Program-made: the position numbers and the translations under genes
The notes under the pieces: model-generated
The model's input: the letters and a program-made list of their open reading frames with translations, nothing else
What the model was told of the DNA's origin: nothing
Database searches by the model: none
Shown: positions 63,594 through 76,487 of the stretch, in pieces
How positions within the stretch are numbered: position 1 is the stretch's first letter
How the letters are laid out: each line of letters opens with the position of its first letter
From: Wallemia ichthyophaga EXF-994
Lineage: Eukaryota > Fungi > Basidiomycota
Assembly (NCBI RefSeq): GCF_000400465.1
Contig: NW_008806282.1
Coordinates: 20,001 to 268,000, forward strand
Length of the DNA stretch: 248,000 nt
Direction of reading: 5' to 3'

Positions 63594-66067
63594 ATGACGC
63601 TGCCATATTACAGAATATCATCGACTTTAGAAGGGCACAGCGATGATGTGAAAGCTGTGCATGGCTGCTCAGACAATTCAATTTTATCAGCCAGCAGAGA
63701 CGGGAGTGTGAAAAGATGGACGATGGATTTGAACGAGTACAAGCTGGAAGGGACATACGTAGGGCATGGTGCGTATGTGAACAGCGTGGTATACAATGAG
63801 GGTGAGTCTTTCTCCGCTCACTAGCACGTTTACGCTCACACTCCAACGGACGTGAAAGAGATAATCTCAGGAGGTTCAGACTCGAGGGTGTTAGTGCACG
63901 ATTTGGACCGTCAGGACAAGCCCCGCGAGACCCTGCTAGAGCATTGGGGCAACGTTTGCTGTTTATCAGTACACTCGGAAACACTAGTCAGCGGCAGCTG
64001 GGATTTGAGTGCGCGGGTGTGGAGAGCGCAAAAAGGGCAATACGAGCAGACGCTCAGACTAGACGGACATGAAGAGGCAGTTTGGGACGTTAAATGTCTT
64101 TGCGATGGCTCCTTCCTGACAGCCTCAGCTGATAAGGTTATTCGCCGGTTTGATAAGTCCGGAAGGCTTATCAAGCGCTATCAAGGACACTCCGAGCCCG
64201 TTCGCTCACTTGCTTTGTTGAATAACGACGCCTTCTTCTTGTCGGCGTCTAATGATGGCACACTGCGCAAGTGGGCTGTCGAGACTGGAGAGCAAGTGTG
64301 CGTTATGCGTGGACATTCGTCGTTTGTGTATGCAGTGGCTGCACTTGCATCGCCCACCGATGATGATTTCGTTGTCAGTTGCGGAGAGGATTTTGAAGTG
64401 AGATTGTGGCTGGGTGAGTTTGGGCTATTGCAGTGCCTCCTTTATGGCTAATCGAAGAACCAACTTCAGGTGAAACCTGCTTGCAGACTATTCTCATACC
64501 CGCTGTGTCTATCTGGAGCGTCACTGTGCTTCCGAATGGCGATTTCGCAGTCGGTACTTCGCAGAATCTTGTTCATGTCTTCACACGTGCGGAAGAGCGT
64601 ACAGCTACCAATGTAGCTTTAGATGTGGGTTTTGTGGTTTATCGGTAGCTGTGTCTCAGACAATAAATCAGGAATGGGAAGCACAATCAGCGCAGCTGAA
64701 GGAGAGGTTTGTGACTGTACACTTATCGTCCTTAACACTAACAAAGCCAGACAAACGGGCAGATCAGAAGAGCGGTTGGTGAATGAAAAGTCACCGGTAC
64801 TGATTGATATAGACGTCGATGATGACACACCGAATCTGCAGCTCAAGTGGGAAATGGGCGATGATGTAAACGAGACTGCCAGGAGGTTTGTCGAGGAGCA
64901 CAGCTTGTCGCCGAACTATGAAGATCAGATAGCGCAGTTCCTATGGCAGGCCGTGGGAGGCGTAGGAGGGGTGGAGGTAGGACAGCAGATTGATAGCGTT
65001 GAGGGTGCGCATAATGATGCGGAAGCAGAGTCAGAATCAGAATCAGAATCAGAGTCAGAAGAGTCATTAAAGCCGCCAAAGTCAAATTCACAGTCAGAGT
65101 CAAAATCAGAGTCGCCAAAGTCAAAGACAAAGTCGCCAATTAAGCGACTCGCAGAAATACTAACATCCAGTGCGAGTAGGTAGCATAGAAAGTGTCAAGA
65201 AATGACTAACCAGGTTGTGCAGCTAGGAGGGTGATTGTGATGGCTGGCGCTGGAGTATCGACGGGTGCGGGACTACCAGATTTCCGCTCACCTAACACGG
65301 GGCTGTACGACAATCTGAAGCAATACAATCTGCCCTACCCGGAGGCGGTTTTCGATGTGGATTTCTTCCGGGAGCAGCCCGAGCCATTTTACGCTTTAGC
65401 CAAGGAGCTATACCCTGGGTCGTACCTGCCTACGATGACGCATTATTTCTTCAGACTGCTTGAAGTGCGAGGCATTCTCAAGCGCGTGTTCACGCAGAAT
65501 ATCGATACATTGGAGAGAGTAGCGGGTGTTTCTGACGAGAAGATGGTAGAGGCGCACGGGTCGTTTGTGCGAGCTCGTTGCATAGATTGCAAGGTGGTGA
65601 GCGATGGGGCATACGTCAAGCGGTGCGTAATGCAAGGTGTCATACCACGCTGTCAAGAGGAGAACTGCTCGGCTTATGTTAAACCTGATATAACATTCTT
65701 CGGAGAGGCTCTCCCGAAAAGGTTCTTCGATCAGCTGGATGACTTGGGTGAATGCGATCTGCTCATGGTGCTCGGGACTTCGCTCGAGGTGCACCCTTTC
65801 GCTAGCCTCATTGGTTTGGTGGAGAAGAGCGTTCCGCGCGCGCTGCTCAATCTTGAACGTGTGGGTGAGCGCAAGTATGACGGAGGGTTTGATTTCGAGG
65901 ACGGGAGCAGGGATATCTTCTGCGGAGGTAGAACAGACAATGTCATTGTCGAGCTGGCCAAGGAGTGTGGGTGGCTCGATGAACTGATGGAGCTGTACAC
66001 CACTGAGCGGGGAAGCAAGGCGAAAGAGTTTGCACTGGAGGGTGCGCTCGACAAGTTGAGATTGTAG
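63594..66067 (+). CDS. Doa1/PLAA-type WD40 + PFU fused in frame to Hst2/SIRT2-type sirtuin
   Basis: WD40 (LEGHSDDVKAV, GHEEAVWDV, GHSSFVYAV), PFU (IDIDVDDDTPNLQL..NYEDQIAQFL), intron 65170-65213 joins in frame to GAGVSTGAGLPDFRS, TQNID, HGS, KPDITFFGE, GTSL. Confidence 0.75.
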
Positions 66068-66226
66068 AGTTGTTTTACTACTATCACATAATGACGTATC
66101 AGAATGGCTTAATAACATATTACAAGTTAAAGGTAGTGAATAGCCTGCTAGCTTAGATATTTTAACAACTGGAGAGTTGAGAAAGAGGGAGATAAAAGCA
66201 TGAGCCCTAAAAAAAAGAAGACCCAT

Positions 66227-66664
66227 CTACTCATCGTCTTCGTCACTCTTAGCCTCCTCTTCGTCATCATCGATTTCTTCCTTCTTTGCAGGTTTCTTAG
66301 ATTTAGTAGACTTCTTGCTATTCTTGCTTTTCTTTTCATCCTCGTCGTCATCGTCATCCACCTTGTCTGCCTCCTTGCTAGATTCATACTCTTTCTTTTC
66401 TTTTTCATATCTGGCTTTATCAGCCGCAGCCATATCCTCGTATGGCTTCCTCTCCTCACTGCCCATTTCCTTCCACTTGGCACCGAGCAGTCTACCAATT
66501 TCGCCAAAGGATACTTTGTCATTCTCTTCCTTTACGCGAGGACGCCATTCTTGTGACATGTACATGTACGCAGATAGCGCGCGCTTGGGAGCGTTTTCAT
66601 CTTTCTTTCCTTTTGTGGATGCTTTCTTGGTATTAGCGCGTGGTTTTGTCTCTGCTTTTGGCAT
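66227..66664 (-). CDS. HMG-box protein Nhp6-like with acidic/basic tail
   Basis: KKDENAPKRALSAYMYMSQEWRPRVKEEN..GEIGRLLGAKWK. Confidence 0.9.
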   Translation of the reverse strand: MPKAETKPRANTKKASTKGKKDENAPKRALSAYMYMSQEWRPRVKEENDKVSFGEIGRLLGAKWKEMGSEERKPYEDMAAADKARYEKEKKEYESSKEADKVDDDDDEDEKKSKNSKKSTKSKKPAKKEEIDDDEEEAKSDEDDE

Positions 66665-66709
66665 CTGCGGGAGGTGTTAAACAAGTATGGGGGTGTGAGG
66701 AATGTGGTT

Positions 66710-66714
<5 letters not shown>

Positions 66715-66750
<36 letters not shown>
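66715..66750. repeat. (GT)18 microsatellite upstream of the HMG gene
   Basis: Perfect GT run. Confidence 0.95.
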
Positions 66751-66752
<2 letters not shown>

Positions 66753-67165
66753 TAGCGGGAGCAGCATCGCTGCAAATGTCTAGAGTACCTGGGAGTCATC
66801 TGCAAGTTATCTTGGCCTCTACGTTTTCTTTCCATCTCATCTCCCTCATCTCCACCGAAAACGCGCGCGAATGGACACACGCACAAAAAACACCACAGCA
66901 GCCACGACCATCATCCTCATCTGTGCAGAAATACCCACTTTTAATTAACTCCTCGTTGTTTTGCGCAGAGTGCCACGCCTGGTGTGGTCTGCTGGAGAGG
67001 CGGGCCATTTTTTATTTTAATTGAAAGCAGAACAAAGGTAAGGCGGCGGAAAAGGAAGGCGGGAGTGAAATATGTGAGTTTGTAAAAGTATAATTGAATA
67101 TAGATGTTAGATGTAGATGATTTATACGTGAATAAGACTACGTGTTTTGTGTGTAAACTACTGCA

Positions 67166-69991
67166 TTACTGCACAGCGCCCATGATCAATTCACAGGTGA
67201 AGCTATTAGGTGACCTAACGACCATCTCGAGGTTGACGCCTTCACCCTCCTCGAAAGCCATTCTGGCCATAGCGAGTACCTTGCCTTGAGCACTACCGCG
67301 GATGATACACCCACTAAGGCGGAGAGTGTGGAGGTGAGCGCTACCCACGACATCCGATCCACCCAAAGCCATCATACCGAGAAGGGCGGTGAGAGCGTCT
67401 GTAGCTTCCTGTAGACTACCCATAGCGGAGAGGGTGAAAGAGTCGCGTAGTTCACTGTGTTCGCTGTGCTCCATCGACATTGCCTCCCATTCTCCATCGA
67501 AACTGACCCACTCAGGACGTACATAGTCACTTATACCCAGTTCCACGTCATCCACTTGATATTCATCCGCATATCCCTCCTCCTCCACCATACCACTATC
67601 TGGATCTACCTCTTTGGTGGTAAAGGTGAGAGTGTTGGAGAGTGCGCCAGTGGGGTAGCCCGCATTGTCACCGTTACCGTCACCTTCATCGTCAATAAAC
67701 GAGTAGCTCACGTACGTACTCCGTTCGCCATCTGCAACTGTAAGTGTATCGATGGGAAGGATAAAGTCCTCGCGCAGGCTACCACCCACATCACCAAGAC
67801 CCATCAACACACTTACCCCATCAAGTACCGCCTCTGGGACCGTGTTGCGCACGTGGTATTCAAACACTACATGCTCGCTGAAGAGGTGCTTCTGTACACT
67901 CACTACATACTCCGTCTCCTCTTCTGTGAGATGGACTGGTGGCGATGTGTGCAATGGAGCACCGTATCCAGCGAATTCTGGGATAGACGTGATGTTGGTG
68001 GTGCTCGACAAGGCATGTGAATTGTGTGCAGATGTCGCTGCAGAAGCAGGTGCATCGTGTGATAAGAGCAATTCTTCAGAGTGAGCGGTTGCGTTATCCT
68101 TGTTATTTTTGCTATTTTCACTCTCACCCTGCTTCTCACCTAGGTCTCCCAACCTACCGACATGGGTATCCAATCTGATTTGGTCCTTGGGCATGCGTGG
68201 GATAACGGCAGAGTTGAAAGGCTCTTCATAATTTTGCTCTGTGGTATATGTGCAGAGGGATTTCTCCAATACACCCACACTCCATGTGTGCTCCTCGTGC
68301 GTCGTACGCTTGGCAAGCTCGTCGTCGTGAATAATACGCATGTACATGGCAGCTCTGTCGCGCACCTCGTCATCGCTATCGTCGAGACAGCGTCCGAGGA
68401 GCACTTTAACTGAACGTCTAACATGTTGGGCAGCGTATGCGACGTTTGTGCCGAATTTTGCCAAACTAGATACAGCAGCGGCGCGTACGATTGCATTCTC
68501 CAACACTACACGGTTGTATATATGGCGAATGTACTTGGTAGGCTCGGGTGTAGAGGGGCCTTCCACACCAAGCAAGTGCAATACACGCACGGATAACTTG
68601 GTGAACTCGCAATCTTCAATAAATTCACAAAGGTGGGCCAGTGCCATCTCTTTGCTCTCGCCTATACCCTTTATCATGTCGATTATCGCTTCCACTACCG
68701 CACGTTTGAAGTCATACCCTCCCTCATCACGTAAGGCCTGCGAGAGGAAAGCGAGCATTGCGGGGTATTTATTAGGGAACTTGAGACATAAAGTACGGAC
68801 GGCATCCACCACTATCACCTTGAATTCATCGGAAATTTCAAGCATGAAGGAGGAAATTTGCTTCATTAGCCTATCTACGCTGGCTTCATTGCCTGTCTTT
68901 AGCAAGGTGGTGATTGCGAAAGTGGCAATGGAGCGGTTAGAGTCGGTAATAAGGTTTTCAATTTCGAGGTTGCAGGATGAGACGGTAAGAGGGTGTCTCT
69001 GTGCAAGGTCGTTGAGAGTGCGAATGGCAGCGAATTTGAGGGGAGTGTTGGGGGTGCTGAGAGCGAGTTGAAGAACAGCGACAGGACGAGAGAGATGAAC
69101 AGGAGTAGCACCATTCCACTGGCAGATAGCTCTCGCAGCTTCAATGGAGACCATGTCAGATTTATTGCGTAACCAGGATTCCAATAGGGGGAGGATGGAT
69201 GAGGAGAGGTTTGGATCGGAATTGATTAGGCGTGAGGAGTAGCGCACGAGCATTGAAAGGGCTAGAGGGTTTCTAAGGGAGGAAGGCGATTGGGTGAGGG
69301 ACTGAATGAGTTTCGAAATAGCGACTCTGTCTTTATGACGGATATTGTAGAGCAAACCGAGAGCGTGGTATTGGGCGGTAGATGAGGGGTTAGTGGACAA
69401 GGCATCAAACACCTCGTTTGACCATCTGTTGATGGTATCGGAAGCTTGTGGGTGGATGTGGTAGGATGAGACGAGTGCAGAGGAGGAAATAGCGGGGGAT
69501 CTGTCGACGATGGCATTCTTATAAAACCTTTCAAATGATTGGATCATGGAAGGGTGAGTGATTGCAGCGAGAGTTCTGATTGCATTTGGGCGGTAAATGA
69601 GGTTTGAATTTGGCTGAATATCTTTAATAATCGAGGAGGTGGCCATGAGAACATCGTCAGCCTGGTTTGATAGCTGCTTCACCACCAAGTAAACCATCTG
69701 CCTCAAAGCAGGATCTTTGTTTTGGAATAATTTGGTGATGGAGAAGAAAAGGTTTGTAGATTCTAGTCTGTTGAAGCTGTCGTCGAGCAATAAATATGAC
69801 AGCTTGGTCAATAGAATCCTTGAATTCCTCGGACTGATTGGTGATTGGTTGAATATTCTAGCCTCTTGGAATATAGTAGTCTGGGTGTGGTTAGATGGCT
69901 ACAAATCGGCGTAAATAACCCAATAACCCACCTTGTCTTGATTTAAATTATTTAATTTATCATCTTCATCCTTTTTTATATTCAAGTTCAT
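67166..69991 (-). CDS. SEC21: Coatomer gamma subunit
   Basis: LFFSITKLFQNKD..LRQMVYL, AHLCEFIEDCEF, IRHIYNRVVLEN. Confidence 0.95.
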
Positions 69992-70048
69992 GGTTGATGC
70001 GTTGGATAGACAGATACAACGACCAAGATACTTTGAATAAAATAAAAA

Positions 70049-71191
70049 ATGGGCGGCGGTGATCTAAATATGAAAAAGAGCTGGCATCCTATGCTGATGA
70101 AGAACCAGAGAGTGGTTTGGGATAAAGAGCAGGATGTTCTCCACGAGAAGAAGAAACTTGAGCAGTTGAGAAGGGAGAAGGAGGAGGAGAGGCAACTGCA
70201 GCAACTGCAGCAATTACAACACGCTTCTACGGGCTCAGCACCTTCCGACAGAATGGAATGGATGTACGCTGCTCCTGCCACCGCTAACTCTTTAAACTCA
70301 TCCGAAATGGAAGATTATCTCCTTGGCAAGAAGAGGGTTGATCATATTCTAAAGGGTGACGATGAGAAAGGGCTAGCGGGTCAGCAGCAACAGCAACCTC
70401 AACAGCATCCCAACAATCCCCGTGACACCTCCTCTAAGATCAAACTAGACCCAATGCTCGCAATTAAACAACAAGAACAAGCTGCTTACGACGCTCTCCT
70501 TAAAAACCCATTTAAACTTGGTCAGCTGAGGGAATCCGCAGGTCATTCATCCTCTTCCTCTAGAGCTGAAAAAGATGAACGCAAACAAGCTAGACATGAA
70601 AAGAGGTTGTTCAAGGAGAGTTTAAGAGAGGGTAAAACACGTAATGATAGATTGGGTGATAGGTATGGTGATATAAGGGGTGATAGACGGAGTGGTAGAT
70701 ACAGCGATAGATACAACGATAAATATAGCGATAAATATAGCGACAGATACAGTGACAGATACAGCGACAGATACAGCGACAAATACAGTGACAGATACAG
70801 CGACAAATACAGTGATAGATACAACGATAGATACAACGACAGATACAACGATAGATATCGTGATAGTCATCGCTACTCCCCACCACCACGCAAGCATCAC
70901 TCCCCATCACAGCATCCCCCAAATCCCTCCTCACAGTCTCGCGCTGATAAGTTGGCCGCTATGTCAGCTTCTGCCCAATCACTCCAATCCGAACGCGACA
71001 TTCGCCTCGCAGACATGCAACGCAAGGATGATGCCGAGAAGAAGCGTGACGATATTGCTAGATCCAGAGATGTGAAATATGGCAACCACAATCAATTCAT
71101 TGCAAACGAGCAACGTAAAGTTTATTCTGGAGATGGCGGTCTAGCTGAGCAAATGAGACGGAGGGGTGGTAACGGTGGTGGTGTAGTGTAA
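70049..71191 (+). CDS. CWC25: Pre-mRNA splicing factor Cwc25
   Basis: MGGGDLNMKKSWHP, RMEWMY, EDYLLGKKRVD. Confidence 0.95.
   Translation: MGGGDLNMKKSWHPMLMKNQRVVWDKEQDVLHEKKKLEQLRREKEEERQLQQLQQLQHASTGSAPSDRMEWMYAAPATANSLNSSEMEDYLLGKKRVDHILKGDDEKGLAGQQQQQPQQHPNNPRDTSSKIKLDPMLAIKQQEQAAYDALLKNPFKLGQLRESAGHSSSSSRAEKDERKQARHEKRLFKESLREGKTRNDRLGDRYGDIRGDRRSGRYSDRYNDKYSDKYSDRYSDRYSDRYSDKYSDRYSDKYSDRYNDRYNDRYNDRYRDSHRYSPPPRKHHSPSQHPPNPSSQSRADKLAAMSASAQSLQSERDIRLADMQRKDDAEKKRDDIARSRDVKYGNHNQFIANEQRKVYSGDGGLAEQMRRRGGNGGGVV
70695..70860. repeat. 12-bp coding tandem repeat (DRYS/DKYS/DRYN)n in Cwc25
   Basis: About 14 units of gaYaRataYaRY. Confidence 0.9.
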
Positions 71192-71266
71192 TATAACAAT
71201 TAACATAAATATATTCATGTACTTGTAAATGTACATCTAATTCTATCTCCATTTAAACAACCCACT

Positions 71267-72811
71267 CTAAACACTAATCGTTTTGCAAATATTAAACCCA
71301 TCCGAGGCCGTAGACACAAAACAGCCGGGCACCTGCGCATGCCAGTGAACCTCTTTGATATCCTTCTGGCCTTGATGACAGAACATGAGTTGAGGAGGAA
71401 CGAGCTGCTCGACCTCGCTAGCCAACTCCTCCTGATCGAGCTCAACAGCGAGATCCCACAGGGTGACCTGATCGTCTGCACCTGAAGCAGCGAGGACCGA
71501 AGGCTCCTTATGATGCCACTCGATGCCCGTAATAGGACCTTTATGCCAATCGAACTGAGCAGCAGGCTGAGGGGCAGTGCTAGTACCTGGTTTGAAATTG
71601 CGCAAATCCCACACCTTTACCATTCCTTCATCACCCCCAGATGCCAGCAGATACTCCGTGTTTTTGTTCCAATTAATTACGTTCACATCCTCGCTATGTG
71701 CGTCGAGGACGCTGACGACAGCTGTGCGCGTGCGCACACGCGTATCCCATACGCGCACACTCCTGTCAGCAGAGCACGATGCGAATACGGTGCGTTCACT
71801 AGGCGACCACTGCAGGTCCTCAACGGAAGAGGTGTGCGAGGTGAATGGGGCGGGTGACGGGATATATCCGCTATCAGTGAAAGTAGAGTTGTGAATAACG
71901 CCCGCGCAGTCACCCGTCAGGAGCTGTCTCTCGCTCGCACCCTCGCGCGACCAGTCAAGCGCAAAACCCTCTTCGCTATGCGAGTTTATAGTGTAAAGAG
72001 GTTTATTATCGCGCGTCTTATCTACCATATACCCTGGATTAGCTAGTGCGAGTTGATGAGGACGGATGTTGAAGATGTGCACTTTGCCTGTATCTGCCCA
72101 GGTAGCAGCGAGATAAGGACGGTTGGGCATGCTAGTTGGATCAGTTGGTACGAAATTGTCTTCCACGCCCGCCACTCGGAATCGATTGATTCCACCGCGG
72201 TGCGCAATTGACTTGTACTCAAGTGTAGGCGTCTCATCTGCCGTCTCATCATCTTCTTCTTCGTCGCTGTCATCGTTCTGCTGCGTCTTCCATAAATTCC
72301 CCCAGCGCATTACGAGCACCTCATTCGCATCACCAGCCGCTTGCGTTCCCGTTGCTGCGTACATCTCTTGCGGATACGTACGGCGCTCCTCACCGCCCCC
72401 ATCGCGCAACAAGTCGAACGACAGACAAGGCCATGGAACAGACATCGTGTGCAGCATCTCGTAAACTGAGTTATCAGGCTCGAGTATTTCGTCTGGTTTG
72501 AGTTTATATTGGTGCGGTATGTAAGGCTGCGCGGATGGTGCTTGGGTGTCTCCTTCTTGGCCATTGTCGCCATTATCCACGCCGCCTATCTGCTCCATAT
72601 CGTCCATCTGCTCCACCCCATCCTCATCCTCATTCTCCCCGTCGTGTACCTCCCCGTCGCTCTCAAACTCATCCTCGTAGTTGTCCTCAAATTCTCCCAT
72701 CCCGTCTTCTCCTCCCCGGGAACCGTCGTGGCGCTCTTGTCCAGCGCGGCTCTTGGCTTGTGGCTGCTCTGCGCTGGCTGCTAATGGCGACGAGCGTCTC
72801 TTTGCTGGCAT
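71267..72811 (-). CDS. RRB1: Ribosome assembly WD40 protein Rrb1/GRWD1
   Basis: YEMLHTMSVPWPCLSFD, HSEEGFALDWS, SVEDLQWSPSE, PPQLMFCHQG. Confidence 0.95.
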   Translation of the reverse strand: MPAKRRSSPLAASAEQPQAKSRAGQERHDGSRGGEDGMGEFEDNYEDEFESDGEVHDGENEDEDGVEQMDDMEQIGGVDNGDNGQEGDTQAPSAQPYIPHQYKLKPDEILEPDNSVYEMLHTMSVPWPCLSFDLLRDGGGEERRTYPQEMYAATGTQAAGDANEVLVMRWGNLWKTQQNDDSDEEEDDETADETPTLEYKSIAHRGGINRFRVAGVEDNFVPTDPTSMPNRPYLAATWADTGKVHIFNIRPHQLALANPGYMVDKTRDNKPLYTINSHSEEGFALDWSREGASERQLLTGDCAGVIHNSTFTDSGYIPSPAPFTSHTSSVEDLQWSPSERTVFASCSADRSVRVWDTRVRTRTAVVSVLDAHSEDVNVINWNKNTEYLLASGGDEGMVKVWDLRNFKPGTSTAPQPAAQFDWHKGPITGIEWHHKEPSVLAASGADDQVTLWDLAVELDQEELASEVEQLVPPQLMFCHQGQKDIKEVHWHAQVPGCFVSTASDGFNICKTISV

Positions 72812-72961
72812 CTTGGTTGGTGGTCGTAGTCCGGAACAAGGCGTTGCAAAGGAAATGAAATTTGTGTTGCGAGTGCAAGTTGACATTAATAAAGATAACA
72901 ATTAAATAGTACATACGCCAACCACATAAACGCATCAAATACACACTCTTAACACGCTCAT

Positions 72962-75900
72962 TTACCCCACATTTGCCCTCTCTGGATCCTTCATCCTGTG
73001 CACCTTGACCTCCTTGCCCAGCGAGATACTCGACATGTCCTGTGGCGTGATGAGCACGTACTGTATCCCTGTCGACGATTTCGCAGTTTCGATCTGTTGA
73101 GCGAGCGCGTCAGCAATCACCTCACAACAAATCCCCACACACCATCATTTTCATACTGATTTTGCGGTTAACAGCATCCATAAACACCTATTATCCGCGT
73201 TAGTCATGTCCTGTACCCACGCACTCCACCCACATCGAACTCATCCAGACATCTGATAGGACATCCAATCGCCTCCCATAGCGATAGGAGGAGGCAGATT
73301 GTAGAGAAGCTCTTCTCTCCGCCCGACAGCGACTTGGGATCCTTATCGCGTCTCCCCTGCGTAGCGAGCTGGTCGTCCGTCTGCACCATCAAATCGAGAC
73401 GTCTTTCACTGTGGTTGAAGTTGATTGTCCCGTAATACCCACGCACCGAGAGATGAAACATGAATTGGTACTTGGCTCGCATAGCGATGTGTTTACGAAA
73501 CTGCAGCCATTTCTGGGTACGCAAGTCGAGTGCCTTTTTAAGTTGGCGGATAAACGCATTCATCTCGTTTATATCTTTGTGCGCGCTATCTACGGCATCC
73601 AAAGCTCTGTGGTACTCTGCCGTCACTGCCTCTATGCCTTGTCCACTCCTCTGCTGCCGCGCGTGCAAGGCTGTTTCTATGCCCTGTATGTCGCGCTGTA
73701 TGTCCGTGACTGTGCGTGTCGTGTTCACTCGCCCTGGACATATCTCGTCTGCTTGCTCGAATGCTAATTTCAAGTCCCTCTCCAGTCTCCCCAATTTACT
73801 CTCGAATACACCTACTTTTTCTGACTCCTGCTGTTTCTGCTTGCGCCGGTGGTTCAGTGCTGCCACTGCCTGGTTATTTGCGTTGTGCGCATGTTTCAAA
73901 TTTTCCTCTATGTTCTGCCGCGTCTTGTCGTAGTCTGCCAGCTGTCTCTTCACCTCACTCAAACGCTCCATGTGCGGTTGAATGGAACTATTCAGTTCGT
74001 GCTGTTTGCTCGCTATCGCTGCATACTGCTGCTGCACTTTGCCCACCTCCTCCTTTTGCTCTGTAATGGCGTCGTCGAGTGCGGATATGTTCACCGGCTG
74101 CACACTCTGCAGACTCTCTCTCAGCTGGTTGATCTTCTCTTCACAATTTCTCTTCTCGTTGTATGCGCGGTTCTGTTCGCCCTTGTGTCGCATTGCTTCC
74201 TGCCTCACCTCTTCCACCCTCGCTGATGTGCTCATCTCCTGTCTCTGAATTCCTTGGTAATTTGTTCTAGCTTCTTTCAGTCGCTCCTCGGCTATCCTGC
74301 GCGCTTCCGTGTAATCAGTCGTCAGTCGAGGCGCTCCCTTGTAAGGAGGGAGTGTAATAGTTGAGCTCCCCACACCACCGCCAACTTGGAATAGTCCATT
74401 TAGTACATAGCAGCTTGTCACATTGTTCGGTTGGTTTCTCATTATTTTGTCAGCATCTTGGCGATCTCTAACCAGTATTGACGACTCTGAACGCGATTGG
74501 TTGACCAGTATACACCTCACTTCGGATGATTCACACTTTAATACCCTATCGATGGTGACAAACTCGCTGGATGGCTCACCGTTCGAGAAATCAAATGTCC
74601 TTTCACCCATCTGAATTACACCCGATGACGCGCCGTGTCTTTTCAAAATACCAAGCAACTTCTTACGGTCTTGGAAGTTGCTACAGGCGAATGCATTGAG
74701 CGTTCCACCCAACACACTCTCCAAAACTTTGCTCCATTTGTTATCGACCAATTTGACATATCTACCGAGTGGGCCGATTGGCTTTTCATTCCACTGCTGT
74801 CTTTCAATCTCTCTGATAATCTCAGGCATCTTATTTCCAAATGCTGCCTGTCTGTCGTTTTGAGATGCTCGAATTTGGTTAATGTCCTGCTGCGATTGCT
74901 GGATGTTGCTCTCCCAACCACTCTTCTGTCTCTTGAGATCTGCAAACTCATTCGATAGCGCTTCAGATTGGTTTCTCATTTCATCCACGTTCGATAAGGC
75001 CTCGAGTTCACTCTGGTTGTGCAACTCTATTTGCTCCTGCAGCTCATCCATCTTGCGACGCGTTTCATCGTTCTGTGCATTGTGGTCGATTTGCAGACGT
75101 GCATACTCTTCATTCTTCTGGTTCTCGAAGTCTCTAATTGTCGTTTGGATTTCATTGAGATAGTGGTTTAAATCGGCTTCCTCCTTTCTGTTGTTTTGGA
75201 GCTTAGTTTTGTGCACTTTAAAGTGGTCGTTGAGCGCCTCCTTCTCCTTTCTGAGTGCATTTAGTTGTGAGTCCTCGTCCATTGTGATCGATTCATATTT
75301 CTGCACCTCGGCCTGTGTCTCCTGATAGTCCATCTCGGCCGTTTGGAGAGCCTCTTCAATGGCGACCATTCTCTGCCTCGCCACCTCGTAGTCCTTCTCT
75401 TCGGCGTCGATATCTCTCTGCATCGCGGCGGGCACTGACCACGCTAGCTCGTTCTTCAGTTCAAGCAGTTTGTGCTGCTGATCTCTCGCCTTGGTCGCCT
75501 CTTTGTATCGCGAGTGTGCTCTATTTGCAGCCTCTTCTAGCGCTGGCAGCCTCTCCTTCTTATGCACGGTTGCGTCTCTCGCACTTGAGATGTTTTCGGA
75601 TATAAGCTGGTATTCGTCCGAGAGCTGCGTGAGCTGTGTGCCCTTAAGGAAGAAGTCATACTTCTCCTTGGCATGGCTGGCACTCAGGAATTGTCTCGCT
75701 TGGTCCTGGCTGAGGACGTTCATTGGGTTGTCGACCTGTATCATAAAGTGGTCGCAGATTGCTGTCAACTCCTGGCGCGTTGTGCTCACTGTTTTCCCGC
75801 TCGCACTTTTCAGCTTGAGGGCGTTGCCGATATCCCTCACCGTGCGCTCCACAACGATCGTCTTGCCGTAAACATCCTGCTTGTATGCTTCAGTGCCTTC

Positions 75901-76487
75901 GTTCTTTAGTTTGAGAATGATTTGTGCCTGGCTGTGGAAATTGTTGAGTGATCAGCCTCCGCGAAGAAGACACACCAACCTCTGACCAGATTTAATAAAC
76001 GACTTCAAGCTGCTGCCTCTGTTCGTAGCTGTAGCTCTCCCACCCAGCGCCAGAGTTATCGCTGTGAGAATTGCTGATTTCCCAGAACCGTTATGACCGA
76101 TGATGAAGTTGAGCTGAGGGCCCAAGTCAACTGGTGCTGTCAGCTGGATGCTCTGGATAGCCACCTGCACGAAACTCACAGGATAAATACTTGTGGCACA
76201 TGAAATTGTACACCTCCACGTACTGGATAATTCCAGCAGCTGCGACTCTTCCCTTGCTTTTCTTCTGCGTCTGGTCCTGCCTCTGTTCCTGCGCCACTAT
76301 CTGCATCTGCGCCGCATCAATCTCCTCATCTTCTTCGAGCTGGTCGTCGTCTTCTGAATTACCACCCTTGTGCTGCTTGTGTGGCGGCTGGAGATTATTT
76401 TAGCGCGTAAAACACCAGTAAATCCCCACCCACGCCATCTGTATCCTCCTCCAACAACAATCCATTATCCCGTTTTCCGCGTTTCAT
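72962..76487 (-). CDS. SMC6: Smc5/6 complex subunit Smc6
   Basis: NFMCH, NFIIGHNGSGKSAILTAI, LSGGEKSFST, RCLDEFDV. Confidence 0.95.

Noticed and set aside
65408-66226. 272-aa minus ORF over the sirtuin
   Set aside because: Antisense shadow with no recognisable domain
66674-67024. ORF containing CVCVCV
   Set aside because: Translation of the (GT)n microsatellite
70543-71075. Several alternative-frame ORFs with striking repeats (LYLS, CRCI, VAVS, TDTA)
   Set aside because: Shadows of the stop-free 12-bp repeat in CWC25
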